DNA of 64,000 nucleotides from Trichoplax adhaerens. Lineage: Eukaryota > Animalia > Placozoa. A model generated the notes under the pieces. That model was not told where the DNA came from, made no database searches, and saw only the letters and a list, made by a program, of their open reading frames with translations. The position numbers and the translations under genes were made by a program. How positions within the stretch are numbered: the first letter of the stretch is position 1; the number at the start of each line of letters is the position of its first letter. Location of the stretch: the NCBI RefSeq assembly GCF_000150275.1, contig NW_002060947.1, positions 7,611,880-7,675,879 on the forward strand, given 5' to 3'. Positions 12,880 to 27,887 of this stretch are shown here, in pieces.

Positions 12880-13520
12880 GCAGTTGTATAAACCAAATTC
12901 TATATACTAAAGTGAAGCTTTGCAAGAGCTATTGTCTCATTCTGCAATAATTTGAAGAAATTGTATCACAGAATGATATCTACCAGAGTCTATGATCTGA
13001 CGGGAATATTTCGGATATAAAGTATCACTGTGAATAAAGTACCGTACGGAAAAATTCGATGAAACCATCATAAATACTGAAATCGACTGGTTTTAAAGTA
13101 TCTTTAATCCTGTAAAGTATCGTAGTGTATCATGTTCCTGATGACAAACTTGCACATAGTAATAAAATAATAAGATCTAGCATGCAAATATAAGTTTAAT
13201 TTTTGAATTTTATATACTAAATAGGCTAGCTAAATAACAATTAATGATTTATTTAGCAATTCATTTAAGAGCAATCGATAGTCTATCTAGCAATATTATC
13301 GATTTGGCAAAGTACATTATTTGCAAAGTTGGATAATTTCAGTTAATGAATATTCCATATAAATTTATAATTAATCAATAAGTTGTTTCGTTAGCATTTA
13401 AAATTATAGTAGTTATATATATGTAACAAATTCAACATACCATTGCGTTTTAGCAAGTTATGCAAATAATTATAATTAGCACCTGCAAAAGAGCATATAG
13501 TTTATAATTTAAAAAAGTTA
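12880..13520. repeat. Direct repeat copy 1 (~600 bp), upstream flank of paralogue A
   Basis: Diverged match to 16490-17083; shared blocks include GGAATATTTCGGATAT, CATAAATACT, CACATAGTAATAAAAT and TAGCTAAATAACAATTAATG. Confidence 0.85.
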
Positions 13521-14639
13521 TACAATCTAATACAGCCTTTGATGTACGTACGTCGGTACTAGGAATTACTCTATCATCTAAAAAAAATTACTGGATCATA
13601 GCAGATTGGCTCGATGCTTATTAGAATGGCCAGTCTTAGAGATTTTAGATATTGATGAATTTATTATCAAATATTACGTTCTTGGCACAAGGTAAATCCA
13701 TAAGATTCCTTCCATTGCAGCTGCTTAAAAATTAAACTCGCATGAAATTTGACTGGTTAAAATTCAATTTAAGCCAGCAAATATGTCACTGTAGCTACGC
13801 GTTATAAGCTGGCATTAGAGGTAATGTTTTATCGAATGTTAATATGAAATAGCTATCTAATAAAAAGCGAAAAGTCACCCACTTTCTTTTAACCGAGCAC
13901 TGTAAATATAATACAAAGAGATGGATCGATATATTTTCGATCTGTAATTTCATTTCTATATTCTTGGATAAAATTAAGAATTCAAGGCCAAAATTAATGT
14001 TATGGATTTGAAGTAAATTATGTATTATGTTCTCAGCGTTTAAAATAGTTTAATTATGTTACAAATAGATGCATTCCGCAGTCAAACAAATTTTTATTAC
14101 CTTTTCCCTGTTTAACTAACTGCTGCATTATCTTCGCCGCAAAAGAAAAATTCTGCAAACATAGTGGTGATACATCAGTTTATTTCCGTAACACTTAACC
14201 GTAACCCTGTGCAAGTTGCCAGTTTTATAGCATACAATTATTTGCCTTAATGCTAACATATTATATCCGGCATAACTTTTAACTATTTTACTTTGTAGTA
14301 AAACAATATATAATTATGTAGACTGTGGTAATGCATAAATGGCGAAGATAGCAGATAGACCGAGAAAATACGTTACATGAAACATACCGTGATTTATTGT
14401 GGCTGGCTTGCTGCTATAAGCGTAAGAAGTTTTAATATGCATAATTGCAGTAAGACACTTCAACAATCAACGAATATTGGATTAAACACTAATAATTCAT
14501 TCTAACAATAAGCTATTATAATACATAAATTCCGTCATACTATACTTTATATAGCATACAACGTGCGAGTATATTAAGATTACGTAGCATCAGCTAACTA
14601 TTTTAGCCATGATCTAACCGGTTTATGTGAATCCTCAAG

Positions 14640-16403
14640 GTTGTATAGCAAAAATGAAGAGGATGAGCAACTGAACCTTTGTAACTAATCATGCAAAGCT
14701 TAAATTACAAGTTGCTCATTGACAAGCCGCATCATTTTCTTATCGTACAATGCCTATAGTAATTGAATGCCTAGCTGATTTATGAATCAGTGCTAACATT
14801 TCTGTTTAAGCAGAATCATAGCTTATCTTTAGAAAAGTAACATAAGTTGTATTGGACATAAATTAGTTATTAAACGCCTTGAGATCAGATAACGGTACAG
14901 CACTATCGTAAAATAAGGAGGTTCAAGTGATTTTATTGATCGACGTTTGTTTAGATTTACTTTCTGGTTAACACTGTATAACGATGACGTATGTGAAATC
15001 AAGCAAATAGACGAGCACAGATACTATACTTATAACATAACGAAGGTACCCAGGATACGTTATCGTAAGGTTTTACAAACAGTATATCAATAATATAAAT
15101 CAGCCATGGTCAATTTAATTGACTGACAGAATAAGATCCGAAAGATTAGTCACATCATTTAATTAACATTAATCTAGTAGGGTAGTAGTAGCCAGCTGGC
15201 TAATAAATTCACAAGTATTTCAACCAGACTGAATTTACCGGATAAATATCACTTGCAATCCGACGTTGCAAAGGAATGATCGATAGATACAAATAGTTGT
15301 ATATTCTTACCGGAAACCCTCCTTTGATACATCTCTTAGTAATTCCGTCTTATGCGTTGGGTCCAATGTAGTTTCTGATAAATCTTCCTTTGAATTTCAA
15401 GTAGTGATGATATAAATGAAGGATCTTGACTTGAGAATAATGCTGCAGTGAACAATAATGAAAAAAACTTTAAGATATAGTCATACTGCAGGTAAGTTGA
15501 TGTACCGTAGTTGAATAATGACATGTAATAATACCGATATACCATCAGATAATTCCAACAACCGTTTAGGTTAACTTAAAGAAATACGCTACGAATAATT
15601 TCCATTTCTGTAATAGAAGTACCGAAAATCCGACTATATTCTCTTGCAAAGTATTCACTTACGATAACATCAACTGTAAGACTTGGTTACACCAGTAGTG
15701 TTAGCGTTAATGTGACTTAACATCACTTCTATACACCAAGATACAGTATTTGGATGCTTTATGCAGCTAAATATCTCATTACCGTAACATTGCGAAGCTT
15801 TTTACGACACAATTATCAAAGCTCTACTTTGATAGGGTGTATAAACAAATTTAATAGTACCATATCATGTCACTGAATCATAGCCCGATTGTAAAGCAAT
15901 ATTTATAGTTATTAGCGATCGAAATATTACGTATTCAATCAACAAAATAATACAATTCATCTGTTTAACAAGGACTTCTCTGTATCCGCATGAAAGTTTC
16001 AAGTGTAGATAACACAAACAATAGTAAATTGTTTTCCATCTACAACGTTCAAGCGCTAGTTTAAGACCATTTTCTGATGTAATCGATTTAACTCTGATTG
16101 CGTCTCAATATTCTATTCGAGTGTCAGGCTGTAGCTTATGTACTTCTTCTAAGGTTATATTAGGCTTGGATGGTAACTCTCCTCATAATATGCGTATAGT
16201 GAATATTTCTATTAGACCAGATGATTTTCTAACTTCAGAATTAACTTTCTTTCTCGCTGAAGAATTTATACTAGCTGATGATGAACACATAGTATTATCG
16301 CTTGATGAGGTTTGCGTGTTTGGCTAGTATTAACTATAATTATATAATTATCAGTCGTTGTTTTTGCAACTTGAGGTATATTATTTTCTGTTTGATTAAC
16401 TAC
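14640..16403 (-). pseudogene. Decayed partial duplicate of the 5' part of paralogue A (remnants of exons 1, 4 and 5 plus intron sequence)
   Basis: 15961-16403 matches A exon 1 but lacks the ATG/MGC end, has TGG->TGA at 16105-16107, carries indels and has its donor GT changed to AT. 15561-15655 matches the 3' part of exon 4. 15310-15445 matches exon 5 with a 1-nt deletion. Exons 2-3 are absent. Intron sequence 14640-15310 aligns by eye to A 8330-9009. Confidence 0.88.
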
Positions 16404-16489
16404 CGTATCTATTCTTAGAAGGAATTGGCGGCACGTATTGTGACCTATTGGGTATAAATCATGAATGATTATAGGCGACAGCTCTTCAT

Positions 16490-17083
16490 AGAGTTAGATA
16501 AACCAAAGTCTAAATAAGTAAAAGCGAATCTTTTATGAGCACTGCTAGCTCATTTTTAAATATATTCAAGACATTCTATTACAAATCGATTTCTGTAAAA
16601 TGCTATGATCTAATAGGAATATTTCGGATATGTTGCTGTAAATCAAGTACAGAAGAAGTCGATAAAACTATCATAAATACTAGAATCGGCTTGCACTAAA
16701 GTATTTTCAATCCTTAAATTATTGTATTACGTTAAGTTTCTGATGACAGATCGACACATAGTAATAAAATGATAAATTGGGCATACAAATGTAACTTTAA
16801 TTTTGAACTTCACTTACTAAAAAGGTTAGCTAAATAACAATTAATGGTTTATTCGACAATTAATTCAAGAGCGATATCGAATTGACAATGTATAATTTCA
16901 GCAAATGCTGGATAATTTATGTTAATAAATATTCCATAGGAATTTACAATTAATTGATGTTATTAGGTTAGCATTTACAAGTAATTATGTACGTAAGAAA
17001 TTTAACTTATCAATACGTCTTTGCAAGTTATGCTAATATTTAGCTTCTACAAAAAAGCATGTAGTTCACAATTTAAAAAATTG
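16490..17083. repeat. Direct repeat copy 2 (~600 bp), part of the segmental duplicate of gene A
   Basis: Same blocks and order as 12880-13520; lies next to the truncated exon-1 remnant. Confidence 0.85.
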
Positions 17084-17610
17084 AATTGAATCATGTAGTT
17101 TCAAGGAGCTAGTTTTACAGAATAATGGCACTTTATAGGTGAATAACATATTGAATAAAACAATTTCGAAGATGCTTGATATAAATAACCATATGGTATT
17201 AACTCAAAATGATAGTAAATTGTATTACAGTAAATAGTATATTATTGATAACGACCGTAACTGCAAATACTATAGTTAGTATTTATGTCACCGTCCTATC
17301 AGTTAGACTTAAATCAAAATAGCTACAAGCTGCTATCATAATACAATAGAATTAATCAAAAAATTCACTGTCTGCTAGTAACGGATTTATAGAAAGTAAA
17401 CAAGAACTGGTAGCAATGATTAAACAGCTAATTAGATTATTCCAATCTAAAATCCAAATAAAGATCAATAAAACCAATCGTATGGTTATCTACTACTCTA
17501 TATAAACTGTCATCCTTGATTTTTGACAACATAATATAGCATTGTCAGCTAGAAATTAATGAATGAAAGTTCATATTGCGTAACGCAAGGTATGAAAAAA
17601 ATGCATGGCA

Positions 17611-20600
17611 TTATGCGTCTTGCTCTTGCTGCAATTCCAAACGTTCAGCAATGATTCGAAATGCGGGCTCATCAAGAACCGCTTTAACACGTAATGTAGA
17701 TGGATGTGTTGCTCCAACAATCTATGGAAGCAATAAAAGCCTCTGAGTATAAGAGCTCTGTATCTTAAAAAACAGCGGTTAAAATGCCATCATTCGTCAA
17801 AATTTTTTAAAACTTAGTTGCAATTACAGTTCAAACTATTTATATAATAAATATCTTTTAGTATACCTCACAGCCTATGTTGTAAGATCTCAAATAATAT
17901 TGATATGATTCCTCTTTATCTTCGTATTCAATAGCGATTCCCATATTAAATACTATTCTGGATGTTAATTTATGATTTTCGCCATAAGCTTGGAGACATA
18001 AATCAAGTGCTTTACGGTATAGCTAAAATATAACGATGTAGTGTTGATTAGATTCTAGCTATTAGTACGCGTATAATAGACAGTAATGTTATTTCAACTG
18101 GTACTAAAAAAAGCTGTACTACTCCATTAAAATATGATATTAGCAGGAGTATAGGGTCGGCTAATAGCTAATATTTTGCATAACTAAAACCTCAAAGAAA
18201 ACTATTCAATAAAAGTAAAACAAGAATAAATTACCTTCATTTGTAAATCGATTCTATTTTGACTGACAAAAGCAGCCATGTTTTGGTATGCTTCTGCTAA
18301 ATGCCCCACGTCTCCTAACTTTTGCAACAATTTCAGTAGTAAATACTTGTGGTTCATCAACGTGAAAATGGAAATATAACTTTCCAACTCTAAATAATAT
18401 TGCTAAGCTAACCTGCTGAAATAGCTGTATAGCATTGTTGCAGTGCATTTCGCATTTTTTAATACCGTCCTTAGCGGTAAGACCTTCATATGTTATACGC
18501 GCTTGACTAAACGCGCCATAGTGAAACGATACTAGAAGCTCTAGTAAGCCTAAATGATACTATATAGTAATAAGAAATATAGATTATTAATAATTTAGAC
18601 AAGAAAAAAAGAGGATAATCTATTGCAACATCCTAGCAGTATAAATAAATTGGCATCTTAAAGCTATTCCTGTAAACGCAAATATTGCGATATTGAAATG
18701 AAATAACGCTACTAAAAATAATGTGTAGGTAAATATAAAAGTATTAAACGCAATCGATTCTGATATCCTTACAACAGACATTGGTCAATACCGAAATCAA
18801 TTTTGATATTAATCAGGACACATCCTGAATTATTATTAATTAATAACATGTACTATTTTTGGTCCAAAAATCATTTTGCTGACCTTATTATCATCACCGG
18901 TGAGATTTTTACGAAATGAAATTGCTTTTAAGCCGGTCTGCACTATTCGATAATGTTCTCTCCCTCCTGCAGCGGTTATAAATTCAGCTAACTTTTTTTT
19001 CTAGGGAAATCAAATAAAATAAATTAATAAACAATTTTACTTTTATGCTTGCGTTGAACTTAAGGCCAAGAGGGTTGTCAGAAAAATCTCTTGCAGTCCA
19101 CGATGAATCAGACAGTACCTCGCTTAAAATATCAGTTAGTAATTCGAATTGATTGGCTAATTTTTCTTTTCTTGCACCAAGAAAATTTTCTTCCATATCA
19201 ATTGCTTCCATGATTAATTTTTCCGCTTCCGTATGCTGTCCGGCACGACATCTGAATGAAAATATTTCCAAAGCATTAAGTGAACTATAATTAAGTTTAC
19301 TGTTAAAGTAACAACGCGTGATTGAATCTAAAGCCTTACAGAAAGCGAGATACTAGCCATTTCTTGTCGGCAATTTCGTTATCTGTTGCATGCGTTGCTA
19401 ACTGCTCTAATGCTTGGACGTATAATGTTGAGGCGGTTACATAACCACCAGCCTAATAAGAAATGAAAATACTTTGACACTGTACTAATGGAATTGTGTA
19501 AATATTTTTTGCAATATATTAAACAAATTATTGTAACTTAAATGTATTCAACCTTGCGCCATGATCTCAACAATTCAATGTTGTGTTCGTCAGCAGATAG
19601 TTTCTCGAATACAGGCCACTCCAGTAAACAGCGTGCTAAACGACTATGATCCAGCAACTTCTCCAAATGATATGGTAATTCCTGTTGATAAACATCCATT
19701 TTATTAGTACAGGGCACTGGATTATCAAATTTCTATTATTATAGTAGAATAATTTCATTTTTGGTTATCACTTCTCACATGGATTTAAATAAATATTAGG
19801 GAAGAAACATACGAGAAATACTTGGTACGATGATATACCTCAGCTTTGCGATCCTGATTTTCGACTTGTTCAAAATATTCTGCTAATTTTCCATGCCAGT
19901 AGGTGTATAAATATTGTCGATAATCATCAGAACCAACTTTAAAGTATCTAAATACATAAAGATAAGACAATATAGTATCACCGACTAGAAAAGACATGGA
20001 AGGATTGATGAGATATATCAACATTTACATTTACATAAATTAGATAAAATATAACCATCAACAATTTTTGCAGGCAGCGTAATACATCTTACTGTATTCA
20101 GATAGAAAAATATACTAACTTTCTTCTCACGGCTTTACTCATTGCTCGATGATAGAAATCTAGTCTTCCTTCACCGCTGTCTCCGCAAGGTCGAAGAAAC
20201 GGTTTCAAAGATCGAAATACTACAGCCCATTTTGCGGCAGGTAAAGGTTGCCGCTGTTTTTTAGAAGATTTGCTGGTATCCTTATCTTAAGTTGGGTAAA
20301 ATGTCGGTTGAAGAACATAGTAAAATATTGCGGCACATTAGGATGACTTAAAAGAGGTGAAAAGCAACATTACTTAAATTTTTATACCTTTATCGGTATC
20401 TTCAACATCGACTGTTTCATCAAAGTCCGTCTTACGGTATGTTTCTTCTACGGTAACATGCAGACGTTTTGATAAATCATTCGCTAAGCCAGTATCAACG
20501 TCTTCCTTTGTATTCAAGGTATTCGTTTCACGGTCTTTACTAAGATACTGTTCTTCAGTTTCTGGTTTTAATGTCTCATCTTCTCCTAACAATTCTAATA

Positions 20601-23600
20601 ACTCTCTTTCCAGCAATCCATGGCGTGAACATTCAAGAAAGCATAATGTTGCTACCATCAAATGACCACCACTTTCTTCCTCAAATCGAGTGAGAACTTG
20701 CTCTAATAATCTGCGAATAATATGAAAATCTCGATTTCGTAATGCAATTAAGTTGAAAAAGTCTTTAATATCCATTTATTCTAATGATAATGATGGAAAT
20801 ACGTATATCTATACTTAAACAAGACTCTTCTTCCTATGAACTTACTCTAGTAAACCGTCGGCAAGCCCTTTAATCATTTCCGTTACTTTACTAAACAAAC
20901 CAAAGACTCGTAATTCCTCACAGGCAATCGATAACCATAACGGATTAGCTGATGCTTCTTTAGCTAGCAATAAATCCATTTGCGTAGTATCTAATCTCTT
21001 GTTAAATTTGGTTAAAACTTGATCTACAATTTCCTAATTTGTTTGAAATGAGAATATAAATAAGTGCTAAAGCAAGCCTATCGCATTCTCTTAAGACTTA
21101 TCAAAATTTCTTAGGAATTATTCATTCTAGCTAAAATGTGAACGGATGAATATTAAGGGAGATATACCCGTCTACTATCCGTGTCTAAAGGACCGCATAA
21201 AATTTCTTTTGGGTGGTTCGATCGGCTTGCTAAACTTCGATGACAAGGAGTATCATTGATGACAGAGCATACAATTCTAACATTATCTGATAGTACAAGC
21301 GGCAACCAAATAACTTGTTCAGCCTCTTTTGTCTTATCAAGCTGTTAATGATAAATTGCAAAATAATACATATAACCTACATTATTGATAGTATAAAATT
21401 GATAAATTTTTCTTATGCTAAATCGTAAACTTTAACTTCTTCTATCCTATTTTGCTATTACTCACCTGATTTAAAGCATCAAAAAATAAAATAGTCGGTT
21501 CTAGATTTTTACTGCTTAATACGGTATTGGATAAGCGAACTAAAGATTCTGTATCCGCTGGTATTTCACCCTGCGATACGGGTAGAAGAAAATCATGAAT
21601 ATTGTTAGAAAACTGCTATTAAATTAAGATTAGATTGCAATGATTAGGAGGGTATAAGGTACTTCTTTGCAGAAATCGGATAACTTCAGTTTTTCTATTT
21701 CTCATTCTATCATTTTGCACCAATTCTGCTTAAAAAATGCCTGAAACAAATAAAACTTACCACATATTTCAATTCTTTCAACATTCGTTGTAGCATGAAA
21801 CCAAGGTCGGTAGATCCGGGAGCAGCACCAATAAAGTGATAGAAAACATTCCAGCCTTTATTGCTACCTCTTCATGCATAGAAAGAATGCAGAATCAAAT
21901 ATTAGCCTAGGTTGGCAGTGGAGTGTTGTAAGTATTCGATTTTTATGGCTACTCAAGAAGATAGACAGACTAGACTTAATGCAATGAATAGATGGATTAC
22001 AGAAATTATAAGATTATAAGAAAGTAAAGTAATCGTGTAAATAACTGAAAAGAGGGTAGATTGTATAAGTATAAGCATAATATACTATAGGAAAAAATAA
22101 AATACTCTAGTATTAAATTAGTTACAGCATTGCAGAAATTATATCATCGTAATAGCTTAGCCTGATCGATATCATACTTATTAGCTTAAATCAATAAGGA
22201 ATTTATATTTTTCTTGCAATTTAAAATTTGAAAACAGAATTTTAAGCGATATTGAAGGAATAGATTTTTGCATATTACCTTGGAATATCGTGATTAAGAG
22301 CTTTATTGACAGTTGTAGCAGCACTCCTAGCAATTACAGCGCTCTTGCCAGCTCCAGCAACACCAACAATGACCAAAGGAACTCCACTACTCCTAGAACA
22401 GATATAATCTTGGATCTAATTGGTATAAAGAACATAGAATGAATAGCATGTATATAGCAATGATATTTAATGCATTTTCAATACGGATTTTCTACTTTCT
22501 AAGATCTCCAGTACTACTGCATGATCTTATCCTGCTATTTTGCATAATACGACCATAAAGAGTTGAGAAAAACACTTCAAATTGTCTCAGTTTTATTATA
22601 CATTACTTTAAGAAGGTATAATGTGCTAAAAAACACATATTTGAATTCTTTCAAAGAGTCTTACAATTCTTAGAAATACTCACTACTAGATAATAAACCA
22701 TAAATGTACAAGCTATCGAGCACTGAAATTAAAATATCGTTTCGTTACTTATTCTACATCCTGTGAGATATTGTCATCACCTGATCAAGCATTTCATCCC
22801 GACCCAATACTGTCGATGAACGACTATTAAGGAATGACTGTAACAACGGCCAAAAAATAAAGATGATTAAAATATCATTAAGCAAAGTTGCTTCGTAAAA
22901 ATAAATTAATCCTATCTTTTTTCCAAGCCATTACCTCGTGTGATTCTCGTAAAAGTTCTAACGGATCCATAGCAGAATTATCTAATGGATACTGATGACC
23001 AATTCGAGCCTTGAAAAAGTCAATAACCTGAAATAATTTTTTTGTGACAGAAAAGTTACCTAATTTGTACACCATGTGCAATATCACTAATAATGATGAT
23101 TAATGAATCGCAGCAAGACTCGTTTAATCATTTGGATTATGCCTTAGGAATAAGTTTTAAAGCGTTTTATTACGGTACAAAATTTTGTCCGATTATTTAT
23201 GCTCTTTTATTTCATTTCTAGAATACTGTAGAATGATGGTATAACAATGCAGTAATATGATTTCATAATAACGCAATCTATGTAGATAAGAGACAAGTAG
23301 CTGTTACAAACTCACCGTTTTAACAAAGGTAGAATCTGCTCCTAAACCTTTTACACGAACCGTTTCTGTGGTCTTGTCAATTCCTTCAAATTCGCACGCG
23401 TAAGTAACAGCACGCGATTCCTAAAATTGGAAGCATCACGTATAGCTTAAATTCAAAGAATAACATCGCTAGCTAACATATCAATCAATCAATATTCTAG
23501 AGATAGTACAATGCGGGTAGCAGATTGTCTCAACAAAATAAATAAATAGTAGTACCTTTTAGTAAGTATCAAAACTCAACATAAACGCAATCTAAAGAAG

Positions 23601-26600
23601 TATTATTATTTATCATGCAGTTCGCCATTTACTCCCTTTTTGATTAGTAAAACATTTTCTAAAATCGGAAGCGTTGTAATCACTACAAGTATGCTATATA
23701 CATAGACAGAACCTGAGTGAAAACAAGATTGTATAAGCAGCGCATTTAGGATATCAGTTATTTATCTTGCTAGTCGATCAGTATCTAAGTTTATCTAATG
23801 GCTGTAGCCTTGAAATTGAAGAACATTCAGGCGCGGAAGCTAGTTCAATTCACTCACTGGTTTGTTATAATTTTATACCTTCTCATTATAATTGTCAGCA
23901 AACTCATTCCATCTTATATATTATTCTTTATACCTAATGCCCAAGCGCCTAAACTCGGGATCAATATTAATTAATACAACTTGTCCGCCTTCAACTATCA
24001 ACTACTTACTATAAGTAAATCAGTTTCTCATTGCAGTATACAATTATTAAAATCGATCGTTCGCACAAATGTAATTTTTAGTGAAAGGTACCATTCTATC
24101 ATTCTCTGATCCTTATTGAAGCGATGAAAGAAATATATTGCGTAACCAATGCTATTATCGATGGAAATATAAACACGGATACACCAAAGGTTCAACTCTT
24201 TCTCATCTCCCGTAAATATCCTACTCTAAAACTACCATGGATCGCTTAAATATCTAAAAGTAAAGCTAATAAAAATTCTCGTACTAAATCGGCTGACTAA
24301 TTCCTCTAAAGCTTCTGCACCTTTCAATTACATACGTGGGGGTCAAAAAATAAAAAGAAGTTTAAGTATTTCATCGTCGTTTCACCATATTACATCAGGA
24401 ATACAAAAACAAAGTGGCCACCAAAAAATGTCAACCGTAAATAATAAGATCGTCCACGATAACATTAATCAACCCATTAAATATATGATTCAAAATATCT
24501 CACCAACGGCTAGGATATGTCTGCAACAGTATAGATAGAAGAAAACCTCAAGAAATGCTGTTATTACGTTGATTCCCCTATACCAAATATATTTTCGAAT
24601 TATAATAAATCGCTTGTTCTTGTCTTTGGCTTAGTATATGAGCCACGTTAAATACAAAATAACTTATCGTCGATCGGTTATAGCATTTGTATGAAGCGGA
24701 TAGTGTCGTTATCGTAGTAGAGTATGTAGTTAACAGCATCGGGTCGCTAAACACTGCTTCGAAATCAAGTCTTTCTATCAGGGTTTCCTGGTGATCAGCG
24801 TTGGCTATGATGAATAAGCGCGTTGCTATGTTACCGTATTGTAGACTGTACAGAAATATTTCAATTCCTATTTGTGATCTTAGAATTCTTTCCTCATGCA
24901 AAAGTATGGAATACGAAAGTTTAAGATCTTATTTAAGGACTACAGTAGATAGAGTCAATGGTAGAACTTGAGAAACCGTACTGGATACTACACGAATATG
25001 TTTCAGTCGCTCTTCTGATCTTGTCATTCTTTTTCTACATTCTATGATATCCAAAATTTAAAATCCCATGGAAGGGCTAGCTTGAGTCACTACTAGTATT
25101 GAAGAAATCAAGCTAGTAATACACTTAATCCTAATTAATTAACCTTAAACTGGTTACCATACTGTATGATTAGCGAAATTTGCTAGATTGCCCCATTGCA
25201 GATGGTACGGAAATATTTCAATCACTCTTTTGATCTTATTTTATTCTTTCTAAATGCTGTAATGTCCAAAGTTTAAGATCTCATTTAAGAGCTAGGTACA
25301 GCCATCGGTAGTACTTAGGAAATCGAATAATACGGTAGCATGAAGGCTAGTGCTAATTCTAATTTTTTGCGCTAGCCGAATTTGCAAAGTTTTCTATCGA
25401 TTGCGTCCTATGATAGTTATCATGTAATGCACTGTTAACATCGAAATTGCTTTGGGATTGTATTGTTAATTGCACAATATATTATTGGTAATTCAAAATT
25501 AGATTATCCCATTCATTATTTGTAGCTATTTGCATTCGTCTATCGTACATTAATCTATAAAGTAACAAAAATATCGAGTTGCGCCTTAATGATTGATTAC
25601 GTTTAAAGTTGCAATATAGAACACATATATGTTACGGCCAAAATCTGAAATTCGTTCAATGCGCGTAACGACCAAAATGGGTTGGCCAATACGCGAAATT
25701 ACCTTCGCAGCTCAAGTAGTATGTGCATATTTTGTAAACTGTAGTTTATCTTTGCAACATATATCTATGAGTGTCAGATGGCTTCATCAATTTAATCGTA
25801 AACTAGTACATCGTATGCAGCTATCTATAGATCAAGTACGTTAATTCCGGCAATCTTAACTGAAAGAAATGCTGTAACTGTTGTAGTAACATTATAAATG
25901 AATGAATGAACGATCACAGTCCATTCTATCTAGGTTTGTGGTCTTACCGGAAACCTTCCTTTGATGCACTTCTTCAGTAATTCCATCTTCTCAACTGTAT
26001 CCGCTCTAGACTCTGAGAAATCTTCCTTTAATTTATCAGGCAGTGACGATATGAATGAAGGATCACGAATTAAGAATAATGCTACAAAGTAAATTGCATG
26101 AAGTGAAAACGCATTAAGACATTGTTAACTAGCAACCTAATGTTGTCGATAGACGAGTTTAATAATAATTTTGTGTCATCATATTAGCGTAATAACCATT
26201 TGGGTTTGCTCGACGAAAAGCACCGTGAATAATTTCCATTTCTGTAATAGAAGTTCCAAAAATCCAACCATACTCTCTTGCTAGATATTGGGGTACATCA
26301 GATTTACCAGGTATCCAACCTGAACGATGGCTATGGTTTAAATAGTAGAGATAGAAACCAATCATAACGTCAGTAGTAGTTTAAGCTTCAAAGCTCCTAT
26401 AAAATTCTGCTAGCAAAGCTGTAGGATACCTAATTGATTCTAAAGATATACTACTAATGTAATTAATCTATTTAGTCTCTTAAGGTAAAATAGCAAAAAC
26501 TTCTATGAGTACTATTCATGAGCTATAGCTACAGACTAGAAGAAATTGCTCTGAGAAAATTAAAAACTGAAGATCGTTTTATTACACAATTTAAATTGTT

Positions 26601-27887
26601 ATGAAATTCAACCTGGAAAGATTTAGAAAAAATGGCCATTGATTGTCTTCATAACAGCGATCAATTTCACCTAGACAAATTCGAAGGGTTTCTTCAGATG
26701 TCGCTTCTTTAGGAACACCCTAAATTTAAATAGTGGTTTATATTTATAACGATTATATAAGAAAAAATGGCTATTTTCCACTAATATTAGAAGATATTAA
26801 AGTCGCTCTATAAATAAGTACTGATACAAATAGAAAACATATTTATGTCTCGTACTATTATTCTAAGAAACAAATTCTATTTTGTCTTATTTCGAGAACG
26901 AAATAATGGGGCACTAATGCTATATTTTATTTTCAATGCAGGGCTAACATTCACAAATAAATAGTACCCAGCGTAAATCGCATTCGATTAAATGTAATTT
27001 CAGCTTTTCACACCAAAGTCTCAGTTCAGGAAAAACCTATGGTTAAAGTGGTTAGTTATTTATACGATTAAATAAATTAATTATTAAAAGTTTTCATCGC
27101 TATGAAAGTTATATCTAAATACCCCCTATAATTATATGAATGGTAAAGGCATTACGAGTATACTATCACATACTGCAGTCTGCTGTCAGATTGCATTTAA
27201 TAATTTTTTTAAATAGTTTTAAATTTCAAGATTTCTTCTATAGTAAAAGTAGAACCGTAATTTTATCTGGCTATCGCATATCGTAATTATTCTAATGGAT
27301 GACGTTTATATTTAATGTGTTGGATTATGTCTGCATTTACGGTATTTCATATAGATAGAAGTCTTACTATTTGCTAATTGTTCAAAACTTTATTATGAAA
27401 TTAGTATATAATGGTATTTTGACGTCTACGAAGTATGTTACATCACCTGCTTAACAAGAACTTCCCTCTCCGCATGAAAATCTTTAAACGTCGACGATAC
27501 AAATAATCGAATTGTTTTCCATCCGCGACGTTTTAATGCTGGTCGAACATTTTCTTTCGAAGTTACCGATGTGGCTCTAACTGCGTCCCAACATTCCATT
27601 GCATTCTCTAGCTCCAGCTCACTTACTTCTTCCAGGGTTATTTCAGGCTTTGGAGGTAATTCCTCCCATAATATAGTGAATGTTTCAATTGGTCCAGAAT
27701 TCTTTTTAACTTTAGTACTAATCTTTTTTTTTCCTGAAGGATTACTCTGGGTTGATGATGCAGTAGCGGTAGGCTCGGTTGGCGATGCTTGTGTTTTTTG
27801 TTTCTTATTGACAGCATTTGCGGCTTTTGGCGCATTATTTTCTGCTTGATCGACTACTTGCAAATTTCTACTTGAAGCACAACCCAT
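17611..27887 (-). CDS. Paralogue B: complete DUF4062-NACHT-TPR protein, TEP1/TTC41/NPHP3-like, 24 coding exons
   Basis: Runs from ATG 27887 (MGCASSRNLQ) to TAA 17611-17613; last exon IVGATHPSTLRVKAVLDEPAFRIIAERLELQQEQDA*. Walker A GVAGAGKS at 22341-22364, Walker B ILFFDALNQ, and the same DUF4062 and TPR motifs and intron positions as paralogue A. Confidence 0.9.
24821..24836. promoter_or_regulatory. Conserved intronic X-box-like element in paralogue B intron 5
   Basis: Exact 16-mer match to 8130-8145, same orientation, similar distance from the exon-5 donor. Confidence 0.55.
24853..25330. repeat. Three degenerate copies of a ~125-140 bp unit in B intron 5
   Basis: GAAATATTTCAAT...TGATCTT...ATTCTTT...AAAGTTTAAGATC...ATTTAAG...GGTAG..CTT..GAAA recurs near 24853, 24994 and 25210. 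Confidence 0.7.

Noticed and set aside
2548-27849. Plus-strand ORFs 2548-2799, 10667-10978, 16121-16327 and 27571-27849
   Set aside because: Antisense shadows of the real minus-strand exons or their pseudogene copy.
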